The position numbers and the translations under genes are program-made. From a virus, in the IMG/VR virus record IMGVR_UViG_3300045988_115163: 64,000 nucleotides of DNA; one strand, given 5' to 3'. How positions within the stretch are numbered: position 1 is the stretch's first letter; each line of letters starts with the position of its first letter. The notes under the pieces are model-generated. The model was not told where the DNA came from. It did no database searches and worked only from the letters and a program-made list of their open reading frames with translations. This document shows, piece by piece, positions 16,879 through 25,854 of this stretch.

Positions 16879-17115
16879 TTATTTATACATCCAAGTGAAT
16901 CCATTTGATGTTTTTCTCTTTCCTTTGCAACATTCAATGATATGTGGGAGAGAACTCCTTTTAAGATTCAATATTTCACAAGCTACAGAAGCACATGGAT
17001 ATTCTGCTATATATTCTCCAAACATATCCATTTGAATAATAGGTTTTCTATTAGATTTTGGTTTACCTTTTTGGCTATTAGATAGATTAGTTTTTTGTAA
17101 TTTCGTTATTCCCAT
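16879..17115 (-). CDS. DNA-binding C-terminal module of an HNH homing endonuclease (NUMOD1/IENR1-like), separate ORF
   Basis: SVACEILNLKRSSLPHIIECCKGKRKTSNGFTWMY resembles homing-endonuclease HTH tails. It overlaps the HNH ORF by 29 nt in another frame. Confidence 0.5.
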   Translation of the reverse strand: MGITKLQKTNLSNSQKGKPKSNRKPIIQMDMFGEYIAEYPCASVACEILNLKRSSLPHIIECCKGKRKTSNGFTWMYK

Positions 17116-17446
17116 TTTCTTTGTATGTAGCCCATCTTAAATTTTCAATACGATTGTCATGTCTGATAGTGTTAATGTGGTCAATACAAGGTTTATTTTC
17201 AGGGTTAGGAATAAATGCTTCCGCAATAAGACGATGAATTTTCTTCAATTTACGCTCTTTATTTTTGGATAGAAATACAGTTCTATATCCATTACTCCAT
17301 CCTATATATAAATTTCTTGCAGGAACTTTCATCACTGTTCCTTTCACATAAGGAGTATAATGTTCTACCATACGAACATTACCCAAATTACTTATTTGAT
17401 ATAGTCCCTCATATCCGACTATATCTTTCCAAATTTCATTTTCCAT
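17087..17446 (-). CDS. HNH homing endonuclease (NUMOD4 + HNH)
   Basis: MENEIWKDIVGYEGLYQISNLGNVR and IDHINTIRHDNRIENLRWATYKEN. ATG at 17446 was chosen over the upstream track start. Confidence 0.7.
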   Translation of the reverse strand: MENEIWKDIVGYEGLYQISNLGNVRMVEHYTPYVKGTVMKVPARNLYIGWSNGYRTVFLSKNKERKLKKIHRLIAEAFIPNPENKPCIDHINTIRHDNRIENLRWATYKENGNNEITKN

Positions 17447-17561
17447 GATTCCCAATTTTGAAGTTACACCAAGATTAGTAGAAGATGGAGAAGAAAGACT
17501 TGGAAACTTTCTTGTCATTGGGTAGCTACTCCCAACTATCTCCGGTGCAAAAATAGTTATA

Positions 17562-17846
17562 TTATTCATATCTTACTAATTTTTCTTTTATTTCTTTCAA
17601 CTTACATCTGAAAGAATATTTTTCGTTTTTAAGATTAGCTGTATTTCTTATCTTGTTTGCTAAGGATTTGCTAATTCCGGTCATATTAGAAATCTCTTTA
17701 TCAGTGAATTTATTACAGAGTAGATACACCAATATATATCTTGCATCTACAATTTCCTCTTTATTAGAGATAAAAATCTCATTCAACGAAATATTCGTTA
17801 CGTCACATACTACATTTACGGTGGTGTTGTATATATCAAATTCCAT
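17562..17846 (-). CDS. DnaA domain IV-like helix-turn-helix protein
   Basis: ISNKEEIVDARYILVYLLCNKFTDKEISNMTGISKSLANKIRN resembles the DnaA C-terminal DNA-binding domain. Confidence 0.5.
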   Translation of the reverse strand: MEFDIYNTTVNVVCDVTNISLNEIFISNKEEIVDARYILVYLLCNKFTDKEISNMTGISKSLANKIRNTANLKNEKYSFRCKLKEIKEKLVRYE

Positions 17847-17988
17847 AAGAAATACTTAAATGTTATATGATAAATCTATGGTTTTTACACGAATTAAACT
17901 ATCGAATTTTTCTATATAGATAATCGTTTGAGTACAAGCAGATTACAACAAACTTTGGAATTTATTTTGATTATTATGCACTAATTAT

Positions 17989-17996
17989 TACATTTG
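17989..17996 (+). promoter_or_regulatory. candidate -7 promoter box (TACATTTG)
   Basis: TAnnTTTG match 20 nt upstream of the ATG at 18016. Confidence 0.3.
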
Positions 17997-18015
17997 TGTC
18001 AAAATCATTACATAC

Positions 18016-18378
18016 ATGGAATTGGCATATAAATTTCAAAAGAAAGTAGATGAGATATCAGATGTGATATGTGAATACTTTAACATCAGTGAGCAGGAAA
18101 TCATAAGTAGGAATATAAGCGAAAAAGTAGCAAACGCCAGATACTTTTTATGGTATATCTTACATTATGAAATGAGGTTATCAGCAAAAAAGTTATCTAA
18201 TATATATTTTAGAGAGCCAAGGAATGTATTCCGGGGAATATCGAAAATAAAACAAGGTATTAAAAATCAGCCTTACTATAAAGCAATCTATGAAGACTTA
18301 TATAGAAAAGTAGAACCCCTCATACCCGAAGATATTGAGAGGTTCTTAGAAAACATGGAAGAAAAAAGAAATATTTAG
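18016..18378 (+). CDS. DnaA domain IV-like helix-turn-helix protein (paralog of 17562-17846)
   Basis: ISRNISEKVANARYFLWYILHYEMRLSAKKLSNIYFREPRNVFRGISKIK fits the DnaA_C pattern. Confidence 0.5.
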   Translation: MELAYKFQKKVDEISDVICEYFNISEQEIISRNISEKVANARYFLWYILHYEMRLSAKKLSNIYFREPRNVFRGISKIKQGIKNQPYYKAIYEDLYRKVEPLIPEDIERFLENMEEKRNI

Positions 18379-18390
18379 CGTGTTAAATAA

Positions 18391-21300
18391 CTACTGTATC
18401 CAAACCTTCAAGCCATAAGAACCTTTTGGATGTCCGGCATAAAGCAGGCTACTGAACATTGTATTGATACTCCTTATCAATTGAGTTTGTATTCTCATCT
18501 CAGCTAATAAGGGGTTGCTTTCTACATCATTGCTGAGTAAAGCCCGAATGTTCTTTATTTCCAAATTCGTATCAGCAACATAGAAGCGCATACTGTTCAA
18601 TAGGGCTTCCAATGCTTGTGCGGTATCTTCGGTAATAGATTTGATACCTTCTTGCAAACCGGATAAATCAGCATTTTCTTTTTTAAAGCGGTCTTTTATC
18701 CAGTCAGGAAGTTTATTCAGTTCATTGTAGAAATCATTCAACTCTTTTTCATATTTATTAGCCATTGATTCATCTATGGATGGCACTTCTCCCTCGGCTG
18801 CTTCAAGAGCTTTTAAATATTCTTGATAGGCTTTATCTCTTTTCCTTTTTTCACCGGCATAATCAAAGCCGTATGTCTTAGCAACTAATTCCGCAGCATT
18901 TCCCCACGCAGCATCCCATTTCTTTATATTTTCATCTGCCTTATTAAATCTTTCTAAGGCATCTTCCGCTTCCGATGTTTTGGGCATCATTTCATCAAAA
19001 AGTCCTTCTGCCCATTCTTTTATTTTTGGTTCAATTAATTTCTGTATTATTATCTGCTTTATTATGTCATTAACTATATTATGAACAGCTTCACCCCATG
19101 ATTCAGCAGCGTTTGTACCTTCTGCAAAAGCATCAAATAAAGCATCTCCTAATGTAGAAGCCAAGTCTTTGAAAGAACCGATTAAATTCTCTTTCATTTC
19201 TAAAAACAAGTCTTCTATATCATTCTCTAAATCATGGATTGCTTCTCTCCATTCATCTATACGGTCGTCGTCAGGCTTTTTCTTTCCTTGTTCAGCCTCT
19301 ATCATTCGATAGTAGCTATCAATCTGTTTCTGCAAAAGTTCAATTCGTTCTGAACTCTTAGCATAGGCATCTATAGACAACCCGTTTTCAATGGCACGAG
19401 TCAAGTCCTCGTATGCCGTTTGTAATTGCTTTACCTTCTTTGTTTCAGATTGAATTGCCCTTTCTCTTTTCTTATCTCCGATGGCAAATATAGCTCCAAC
19501 TGTTTCAAAGACACCAGCAGCAGCCTGTAAATATCCCATAGGTCCCTGTGCCAAACCAGCAGCGATATTGCTTACACCTCCAAGTATTTCAGAAGTAGAA
19601 CTAAGTGCATCTTTAGCTCCGGCAGAAAGATTTCCCAAGGAATTGTTCATTGCATCTGTTAGCCCGGCTGTCTCCGATGCAATCTTAGAAGCATATGCCG
19701 CTGCTTTCTTTAACTGTTCTCCTTTCTTTTCTCCATCATCTAATCCATTTTTAGCAGTGACTTGGGCGTTCTTTTCTACGCTTAATTGCTTATTTAAAAC
19801 TTTTAGACGTGCTTTATCAGTGTTTAAAGTTAGCTTCTTAATATTTGCTTCCTTTGAATTGACTCCTTTTTTATTAACAGCGTCAGTATATTCTTTTTCA
19901 GATAAAGCAATAATATCTTCTAATATTTTTTTCTGTTCTTCTAACTGGTCAATATTTTTAGAAGCGTCTACATATTGAGACTCTAAATCTTTCTTTTCTC
20001 TTAAATAGTGGATATATCCTTTGATGTTGGGCAACAAGTCCTTAAACGGATTTCTGGACTGAATCTGTTCATCTATCTTGTTCATTTGGTTCACAATCTC
20101 TTTGAGTTGATTAGGCGGCAAATCACCTAATGATTCTCTAAGAGATGCGAGTTTAGCTTTCATCTGTTCAAGTACTCTGGTAGATACTTTATCCAAATCT
20201 TCAAACATGGATATGTACATATCACTTTCCTTAAACTCATCAAAGGCTTGCTTATCTAGTTTTTGCTTTGTTTCTTTCTTTATATTTTTCGTAATTTCCT
20301 CTTTCTGGTCAGGAGTAAACTCTGATGGTATATTTGCCAATTTAGCCTGTTCTTCCAGCCGGATACGTATTCTCTCCGAAGATGCTTTTTTTAGATACTT
20401 AGCATAATCCTTCAACCGGACATCTAGCTCTTTATTTTCAGCAGCAGTTATCATCTTGGATAACTTATAATAAGAATCCAATTGCTGTTGTCCCAATTTT
20501 GACAAGTCAGGATAAGCCTCTTCCAATGCTTTACGGATATCATTTAAGCTAGAAACATCCACATGGAATAGTTGCTTTATCAAGTCATTATCCAAACCTT
20601 GTGTTTTGAGGTCTATGGATAGTTCATATCCGGAGAACATATTCTCAATCTTTCTTTCAAAATCAGCTATGTTTTGCTCCGAAACAGATATGGATACTTC
20701 TGACCTTAATTGTGCGGCAGCAGCAGCCCATGCACGTCTTAATTCTTCTCCGGCTTTTCCACCAATAGTTTCAGCAATGCTCTCCATCTCGGCAGCAATA
20801 GAAGCCTTGTCGAAGTCTAATTCAAGAGGTTTACCGAACAAATTTTGATAAGCATTTCCAAACTCCTTAGTCAAAATGTTTTTTGCATCGGCAGCACCTT
20901 GGGTTTTCCTCAACTTTTCATATTCGGATTGCAGGCGTTTTAGCAAATCGAGTTGGGCTTTCAATCGTTTTTCATAAGCACTTTCTTCTCCTTTTTGCTG
21001 TGATTTGGTATAATACCCATAACTCTTTGCAAAGGCTTCCAATTCATCAGCACGTTTCTTATATAAAGCTGCTAACTGGTCATTGCTCATTTCATCATTC
21101 AATTGGGCAGTAGCCAATTTAGCCCTATTTTCTTCTTCCCTTAATTCTTTAATTCTGTTGAGAAGATTTCTAAAATAAGTATCAGGCGTTTCCTCTACTT
21201 GAATGAGCTTAATGTTGGTTTTTAATTTTTTAGTATTACGATTAATCTCATTTATTTTATCATAAATGATTTGTTGCAAATCAGATAATTCTTTCTGAAC

Positions 21301-24258
21301 CTGTTTTTTATTAAAGTCTATATTAATTCCAAGCCGAGTTTGCATTCTATGTTTAATGAATGTTTGCGTAGCTTTATCTTCATTCCCGGCTGCGGAATTT
21401 ACAAAATTTCTAATTGTATTTATATAGGTTTGTTTCTCTTCGGCATCTAACTTTTGAAATTCTTCTTTTGTAATTCTGGCTGCTAGTAATGCCTTATCTT
21501 CCAAAATTTGATATTGCTTTTCAATCAAATCGGTAGCACCCCTAAAGGTTATAGAAGTTAGAGTAGCCTCATGCTGCACTTGTTTCAATGGTGCTATAAT
21601 ATGAGTTACATCTACTTTTCCTTCACCAATTAATCCACTACGAAGTAGCTTCATCAATTTATCAACCTTTTCAGTAGTAGTAAATGCTCCTTCATCTATC
21701 TGTCTAAACCATTCATCAAAAGTTGAATTAGTCTTTCCTTGCTGCATTAATCGGACTATTTTAGAAGCAGCGGAATCATAGGCAACTCCCAGCTTTTCTA
21801 CAGCCTTTTTATTTTCTTCTATACTTTCCGAAAACTTCTGTGTGTCACGAGCAAAGTTAGTACCGTCTTCCTTCATTAAATCATTTAGAACTTGCGTCTG
21901 ACGGAGTTCTTTATTATATTTTTGCTGCGCTATAGTTAAATCACCAGTGATATTCTTTTGGTCTTTCAGCTTTTTGTAGACGTCTGGATACTGAGCTTGT
22001 AGAACTGCTAAAGAAGCACTCAATTCTTTTCTACGCTTATTGCTTTCTTCTTCGGCATCGGCATATTCTTTTGTTCCTTCTGTGTATTTTCTTAACTCTA
22101 CTGTGGAATCTTTATATGCTTGCTCTTGTTTTTTTATTTTATCTACAAGTAAATTAAATTTATTTACTTGGGTATCAATAGAGTTTGTCAATAAGTCAAA
22201 TTTAGCTTTCGCTTCTTTGGTCTTCTTTGACATTTCTAAAAAAGCATATCCGGCAGATAATACTACAGTAGCAAGTAATACCCACGGATTAGCCTTTAAC
22301 CATGCACCTGCTTTATTCATCCATAGGACAGTCTTTGCCATTGCTGATGCAAGCCCACCTTGTGCGATAGTCGCTTCAATAGTAGCCGCAGTTAAGGACT
22401 TAGTAGCAAGAACTGCATATCCAGTTTTTATTATATAAATAGCTGTAACGCTAGCAACTGTTTTTAAAGCAACTGCAAAAATCTCCCAATTCTCTACAAC
22501 AGAACGTAAAGCAGATACCATTCCTTTGAGTACTCCGTCATTTGCTTTACCAATTTGGTTAAACATCACATCGAAGCTGTCCTCTAAGTTGGCTAATTGT
22601 CCCTGTAAAGTTTCAGCTTGTATTTCCTGCATGTTATAGAAAATACCACCAGCGGATGTTAACTTCTGAAATATCTTTTCAACGTCTCCGAAAGATACCA
22701 TACGTTTAGATACCATCTCAAATACTTCACCCACTGATACCATTCTACCTTCCAACTGAGTAAAGTAATCAGCCAGTTCTCCCAAAATATTAACTCCGGC
22801 TTCCGAAAATTGTCTGAGTTCCTGTCCACGGAGGTAATTAGCTGCTTTAACCTGCCCAAAGGCAAGAATTAAACGCTGCATATCCACACCTAGACCACTG
22901 GAAATATCTGCCAACATCTTAGTTGTATCGTATAACTTTTCAGTTTCGATACGATAAGCGGCTAACTGTTTTGTGTAGGATATTAACTCCTTAATAGTAT
23001 AGGGAGATTTAATAGCCAATTGTACCGTCTTCTCAAACAAAGCATCGGCTTCATCCTTATTCTGTAATATGGCTTGTAAAGAACGCTGTTGAATTTCAAA
23101 TTCTCCACGAACTTTAACCATTTTACCGATATATCCTTCAATGGCGGATACGGAGAATAACAATGCTAAATGACGTTGCAATTGAGCAGATGTATCCAAT
23201 ATTCTCGATTGTTGTTTCCTAAGTTCTCCGGTTTTCTGTGCAGCTTGTGTATTAGCAATCTGTAAACGGTTCGTTTCAGAAACAATGTGATTTATTTGAG
23301 CAGTATAATCTCTACCTGTAGCAGTTAGTCGCTCTTGTGCTTGACGTAATCGAGATATTTTATTTATTCTCTGAGTGATAGTTTGCTCCGGTCTTTCTAA
23401 AGCTCTACGATAAGATTCTTCTGCTTTCTCAGCTATCTTTGCCGATTGAGCAGCACTTCTATCAGCACGTTTTTTTTCTGCTTCTGTTTGCCGGATAGCT
23501 TTTTGTTTCTCTTTCTCAGCTTGTATTTCTTTTTGATAATTTGTTTTATCAATTCTCTTTTGGTCGGCAGCATAGGCAGCTTCAACAGAAGCACGATATT
23601 CATCAGTAGCTTTTGCTCTTTTTTGTAATTCAGAATTTCCAGAACGGAAAGAAGCATTGAGTTGTTCCATTGCTTCTTTCTGTCTTTGAGCTGTTAATGA
23701 TGTTTGGTTTAATGTATCCAGATATTCATTCCATGCTGTGTGTGTCGCTATGACACTTCTCTTCTCTTGTTCTAAAGCGGCTATTTCACCTTGTATTTGT
23801 GGTATTAATTCAGTTCCAGCAGATGCTTCTCTAATTGTATTCCGTGATATTACACCGCTTCCGCTGCTCTTTAAGGAAGACATTTGGTTATCCAAATCTT
23901 TCACAGCAGATGTAGAATCATTCAATAAGTTTTTCAATGATTCTATTTTCTTGTTAACCGTATCAACCGGAGAAGCTGCAACTTTATTCAATTGCTCAGA
24001 AACCTTAGCTACACTATTTGCTAATTTTCCAACTTCCGTTTCCGAAGATTTAGAGAAACTTTTCTTAAATGATGTCCCGGCTTCCTTTACTTTATTGATA
24101 AATGGATTTATCCCATTTGCCATGTCGGAAAAGGCTTGTGTTACTACACGCTGTGTCTCTTGACTGGTTTTAGCAATTTGCTCTATCTTCTTATCGGCAC
24201 TATCTAATTGATCTAATACCGATTTAGGAATATTCAATACATATCCATCTGCTGCCAT
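18391..24258 (-). CDS. tail tape measure protein (1955 aa)
   Basis: Huge helical ORF downstream of the G/GT chaperone pair. A central hydrophobic block (VASVTAIYIIKTGYAVLA ... WVLLATVVLSAGYAF) is typical of tape measure proteins. Confidence 0.85.
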   Translation of the reverse strand: MAADGYVLNIPKSVLDQLDSADKKIEQIAKTSQETQRVVTQAFSDMANGINPFINKVKEAGTSFKKSFSKSSETEVGKLANSVAKVSEQLNKVAASPVDTVNKKIESLKNLLNDSTSAVKDLDNQMSSLKSSGSGVISRNTIREASAGTELIPQIQGEIAALEQEKRSVIATHTAWNEYLDTLNQTSLTAQRQKEAMEQLNASFRSGNSELQKRAKATDEYRASVEAAYAADQKRIDKTNYQKEIQAEKEKQKAIRQTEAEKKRADRSAAQSAKIAEKAEESYRRALERPEQTITQRINKISRLRQAQERLTATGRDYTAQINHIVSETNRLQIANTQAAQKTGELRKQQSRILDTSAQLQRHLALLFSVSAIEGYIGKMVKVRGEFEIQQRSLQAILQNKDEADALFEKTVQLAIKSPYTIKELISYTKQLAAYRIETEKLYDTTKMLADISSGLGVDMQRLILAFGQVKAANYLRGQELRQFSEAGVNILGELADYFTQLEGRMVSVGEVFEMVSKRMVSFGDVEKIFQKLTSAGGIFYNMQEIQAETLQGQLANLEDSFDVMFNQIGKANDGVLKGMVSALRSVVENWEIFAVALKTVASVTAIYIIKTGYAVLATKSLTAATIEATIAQGGLASAMAKTVLWMNKAGAWLKANPWVLLATVVLSAGYAFLEMSKKTKEAKAKFDLLTNSIDTQVNKFNLLVDKIKKQEQAYKDSTVELRKYTEGTKEYADAEEESNKRRKELSASLAVLQAQYPDVYKKLKDQKNITGDLTIAQQKYNKELRQTQVLNDLMKEDGTNFARDTQKFSESIEENKKAVEKLGVAYDSAASKIVRLMQQGKTNSTFDEWFRQIDEGAFTTTEKVDKLMKLLRSGLIGEGKVDVTHIIAPLKQVQHEATLTSITFRGATDLIEKQYQILEDKALLAARITKEEFQKLDAEEKQTYINTIRNFVNSAAGNEDKATQTFIKHRMQTRLGINIDFNKKQVQKELSDLQQIIYDKINEINRNTKKLKTNIKLIQVEETPDTYFRNLLNRIKELREEENRAKLATAQLNDEMSNDQLAALYKKRADELEAFAKSYGYYTKSQQKGEESAYEKRLKAQLDLLKRLQSEYEKLRKTQGAADAKNILTKEFGNAYQNLFGKPLELDFDKASIAAEMESIAETIGGKAGEELRRAWAAAAAQLRSEVSISVSEQNIADFERKIENMFSGYELSIDLKTQGLDNDLIKQLFHVDVSSLNDIRKALEEAYPDLSKLGQQQLDSYYKLSKMITAAENKELDVRLKDYAKYLKKASSERIRIRLEEQAKLANIPSEFTPDQKEEITKNIKKETKQKLDKQAFDEFKESDMYISMFEDLDKVSTRVLEQMKAKLASLRESLGDLPPNQLKEIVNQMNKIDEQIQSRNPFKDLLPNIKGYIHYLREKKDLESQYVDASKNIDQLEEQKKILEDIIALSEKEYTDAVNKKGVNSKEANIKKLTLNTDKARLKVLNKQLSVEKNAQVTAKNGLDDGEKKGEQLKKAAAYASKIASETAGLTDAMNNSLGNLSAGAKDALSSTSEILGGVSNIAAGLAQGPMGYLQAAAGVFETVGAIFAIGDKKRERAIQSETKKVKQLQTAYEDLTRAIENGLSIDAYAKSSERIELLQKQIDSYYRMIEAEQGKKKPDDDRIDEWREAIHDLENDIEDLFLEMKENLIGSFKDLASTLGDALFDAFAEGTNAAESWGEAVHNIVNDIIKQIIIQKLIEPKIKEWAEGLFDEMMPKTSEAEDALERFNKADENIKKWDAAWGNAAELVAKTYGFDYAGEKRKRDKAYQEYLKALEAAEGEVPSIDESMANKYEKELNDFYNELNKLPDWIKDRFKKENADLSGLQEGIKSITEDTAQALEALLNSMRFYVADTNLEIKNIRALLSNDVESNPLLAEMRIQTQLIRSINTMFSSLLYAGHPKGSYGLKVWIQ

Positions 24259-24263
24259 AATTC

Positions 24264-24982
24264 TTATTCTGCTTTTATTACAGGTATCCCAAAATCATTT
24301 GCTAATTGAGAGATACTTGTTACATTAATCTTTTTCTTCTTCTGGAATTTAGCATCTTCATTGTCTGGAAGATATACAATATGTGTGGAGTCGTTTTTGG
24401 CTATACCAATTTGAGCGATTGTCATTTGCCACATATATTGTTCCATTGTAACGGAGGGAAATGCTTTTAAGAAATCAAACATTTCACCATAACTCGTCCG
24501 GGCTATTACGAGTTCCGTTCGGTTATCTTCGTCTTTCTCTCCAAGGCTATCTGCTTGAAAGTCTGCGTTAGTCCGGTAATCTGAAAAAAAGGCTCAATCC
24601 CAATTAAATTAAGAACCTCAAAAAGAAGATTTGCCCAATCTTTGACTTCCGTTTCCCAAAGTATCGTATCGTAAACTTTTTGATAATCAGTATCTATCCG
24701 CTTCTTGTCATTGATTAAAGCTAAGGTTAGTATTCTACAAACCGAAGGGAAATTAGTAGTCATTTCTTTTAAGACATCTCCAAAAGAAGCATTCTCCACT
24801 TTACTTATCTTAGCTGCCTCTTCTGCAATCATCCACATCGTTCCCGGTTTCAGAGACCGGATTTCCCATTCAGTATCTTTTAACTTCACTAAAGAAGGTG
24901 AATCGTTCATTATCTGAGCGAGTCTTTCCATTGCTTCATCGCTCACAGGCTCATCGGCTGATTTGTATTTCTTTTCTTCCAT
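24264..24982 (-). CDS. tail assembly chaperone, frameshift-extended form (gpGT-like)
   Basis: The -1 frame is open from the slippery T TTT TTT (24584-24590) through ORF 24264-24482 with no stop. Confidence 0.5.
24506..24982 (-). CDS. tail assembly chaperone (gpG-like)
   Basis: Lies between the major tail and tape measure genes. Contains a T7 slippery run near its 3' end. Confidence 0.6.
   Translation of the reverse strand: MEEKKYKSADEPVSDEAMERLAQIMNDSPSLVKLKDTEWEIRSLKPGTMWMIAEEAAKISKVENASFGDVLKEMTTNFPSVCRILTLALINDKKRIDTDYQKVYDTILWETEVKDWANLLFEVLNLIGIEPFFQITGLTQTFKQIALERKTKITERNS
24584..24590 (-). promoter_or_regulatory. candidate -1 programmed frameshift site (U UUU UUU)
   Basis: The zero frame reads CCT TTT TTT CAG (PFFQ). 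The heptamer fits X XXY YYZ. Confidence 0.5.
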
Positions 24983-25023
24983 GACTTAAAAATAAAAAGG
25001 AGGGAGTTTCCTCCCTCCCTTGT

Positions 25024-25308
25024 TTATATTGAACTTGAAAACGCAGGTACTACAAGAGTAACAGGGTCGCTGTCACTTGTTGTAAGATTGTCTCCAACCG
25101 CCTTTAAGTAGTAAGTGAATGTATCCGCAGCTTTCAGAGAAGAACCGGTATAAGTCACAGTATCTTTAGCAATCGAAGTCCAAGCTCCTGTTGTACCTTT
25201 ACGAATACTATATCCATTATTACCGGTTACATTCTTCCAGCCAACTTTAACGGATGTTTCAAGTCTACTAGAAACGACGAAATTAGTTGGCGTTGCTAAT
25301 TTCGTCAA
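25024..25308 (-). CDS. fibronectin type III (Ig-like) domain ORF, probably an extension of the major tail protein
   Basis: PTNFVVSSRLETSVKVGWKNVTGNNGYSIRKG...YYLKAVG...SDPV is an FN3 pattern. Its only start is a TTG that overlaps the major tail protein stop, in the -1 frame. Confidence 0.6.
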   Translation of the reverse strand: MTKLATPTNFVVSSRLETSVKVGWKNVTGNNGYSIRKGTTGAWTSIAKDTVTYTGSSLKAADTFTYYLKAVGDNLTTSDSDPVTLVVPAFSSSI

Positions 25309-25844
25309 GCTCCCCCCGATGCTTTCAGAATGATATAGAACGGAGTCAATGGAGCATCGGCTTCCGAACCTACCTTACCAGCGTAACAAGTACCGGAAAT
25401 AATACCCTGAACAATACCTGTCTTCAAGCTGGCTGCTTCAATACGACCGGAAATTTTCACTTTGGGACAAACCAAAGTACCATCGTTAAACACTGCTTCA
25501 ATTTTTGCCCATACTGGTTTATAGGTATTGGGAGCACAGATATTACCACCAGAAATGGTGAATCCCATAATATTAGTCAAAAGGTCAGATTGGATATCAC
25601 CAGAGTTCATGGTCACGGTGTAACGTCCCAATGTAATATTTTCATAGATTGGTTCGTCTTTGGTCTCTGAATCAATCGCATTGGTCGTATTGTCTTCCTG
25701 AGTAATGGAAGTTGAATCCGCTACGATTTGGTCAAGAGAATAGGTTTTTGTACCTAATGCACCAGCAGCAGTGTACGGAGTGATGAGGATTTGTTGCACA
25801 CCGCCCAAAATCAAAGCGGTATCTCCTAATTTTGTTGTTGCCAT
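25305..25844 (-). CDS. major tail (tube) protein
   Basis: 179 aa. Sits upstream of the chaperones and tape measure and after the connector genes. Confidence 0.6.
   Translation of the reverse strand: MATTKLGDTALILGGVQQILITPYTAAGALGTKTYSLDQIVADSTSITQEDNTTNAIDSETKDEPIYENITLGRYTVTMNSGDIQSDLLTNIMGFTISGGNICAPNTYKPVWAKIEAVFNDGTLVCPKVKISGRIEAASLKTGIVQGIISGTCYAGKVGSEADAPLTPFYIILKASGGA
25311..25317 (-). promoter_or_regulatory. candidate -1 frameshift site (G GGG GGA)
   Basis: The zero frame reads TCG GGG GGA GCT TGA. The -1 frame reads GGG GGG AGC TTG ACG into the FN3 ORF. Confidence 0.4.
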
Positions 25845-25854
25845 AGTTTATAAA

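Noticed and set aside
19481-24163. Plus-strand ORFs inside the tape measure gene (19481-19978, 20207-20407, 20606-20848, 20883-21113, 22040-22438, 23446-23628, 23738-24163) and extra minus-frame ORFs (22659-22865, 23433-23657)
   Set aside because: They lie entirely inside a 5.9-kb gene with strong coding character. Their Ser/Phe/Leu-rich compositions are typical of antisense shadows of Glu/Lys/Ala-rich genes.
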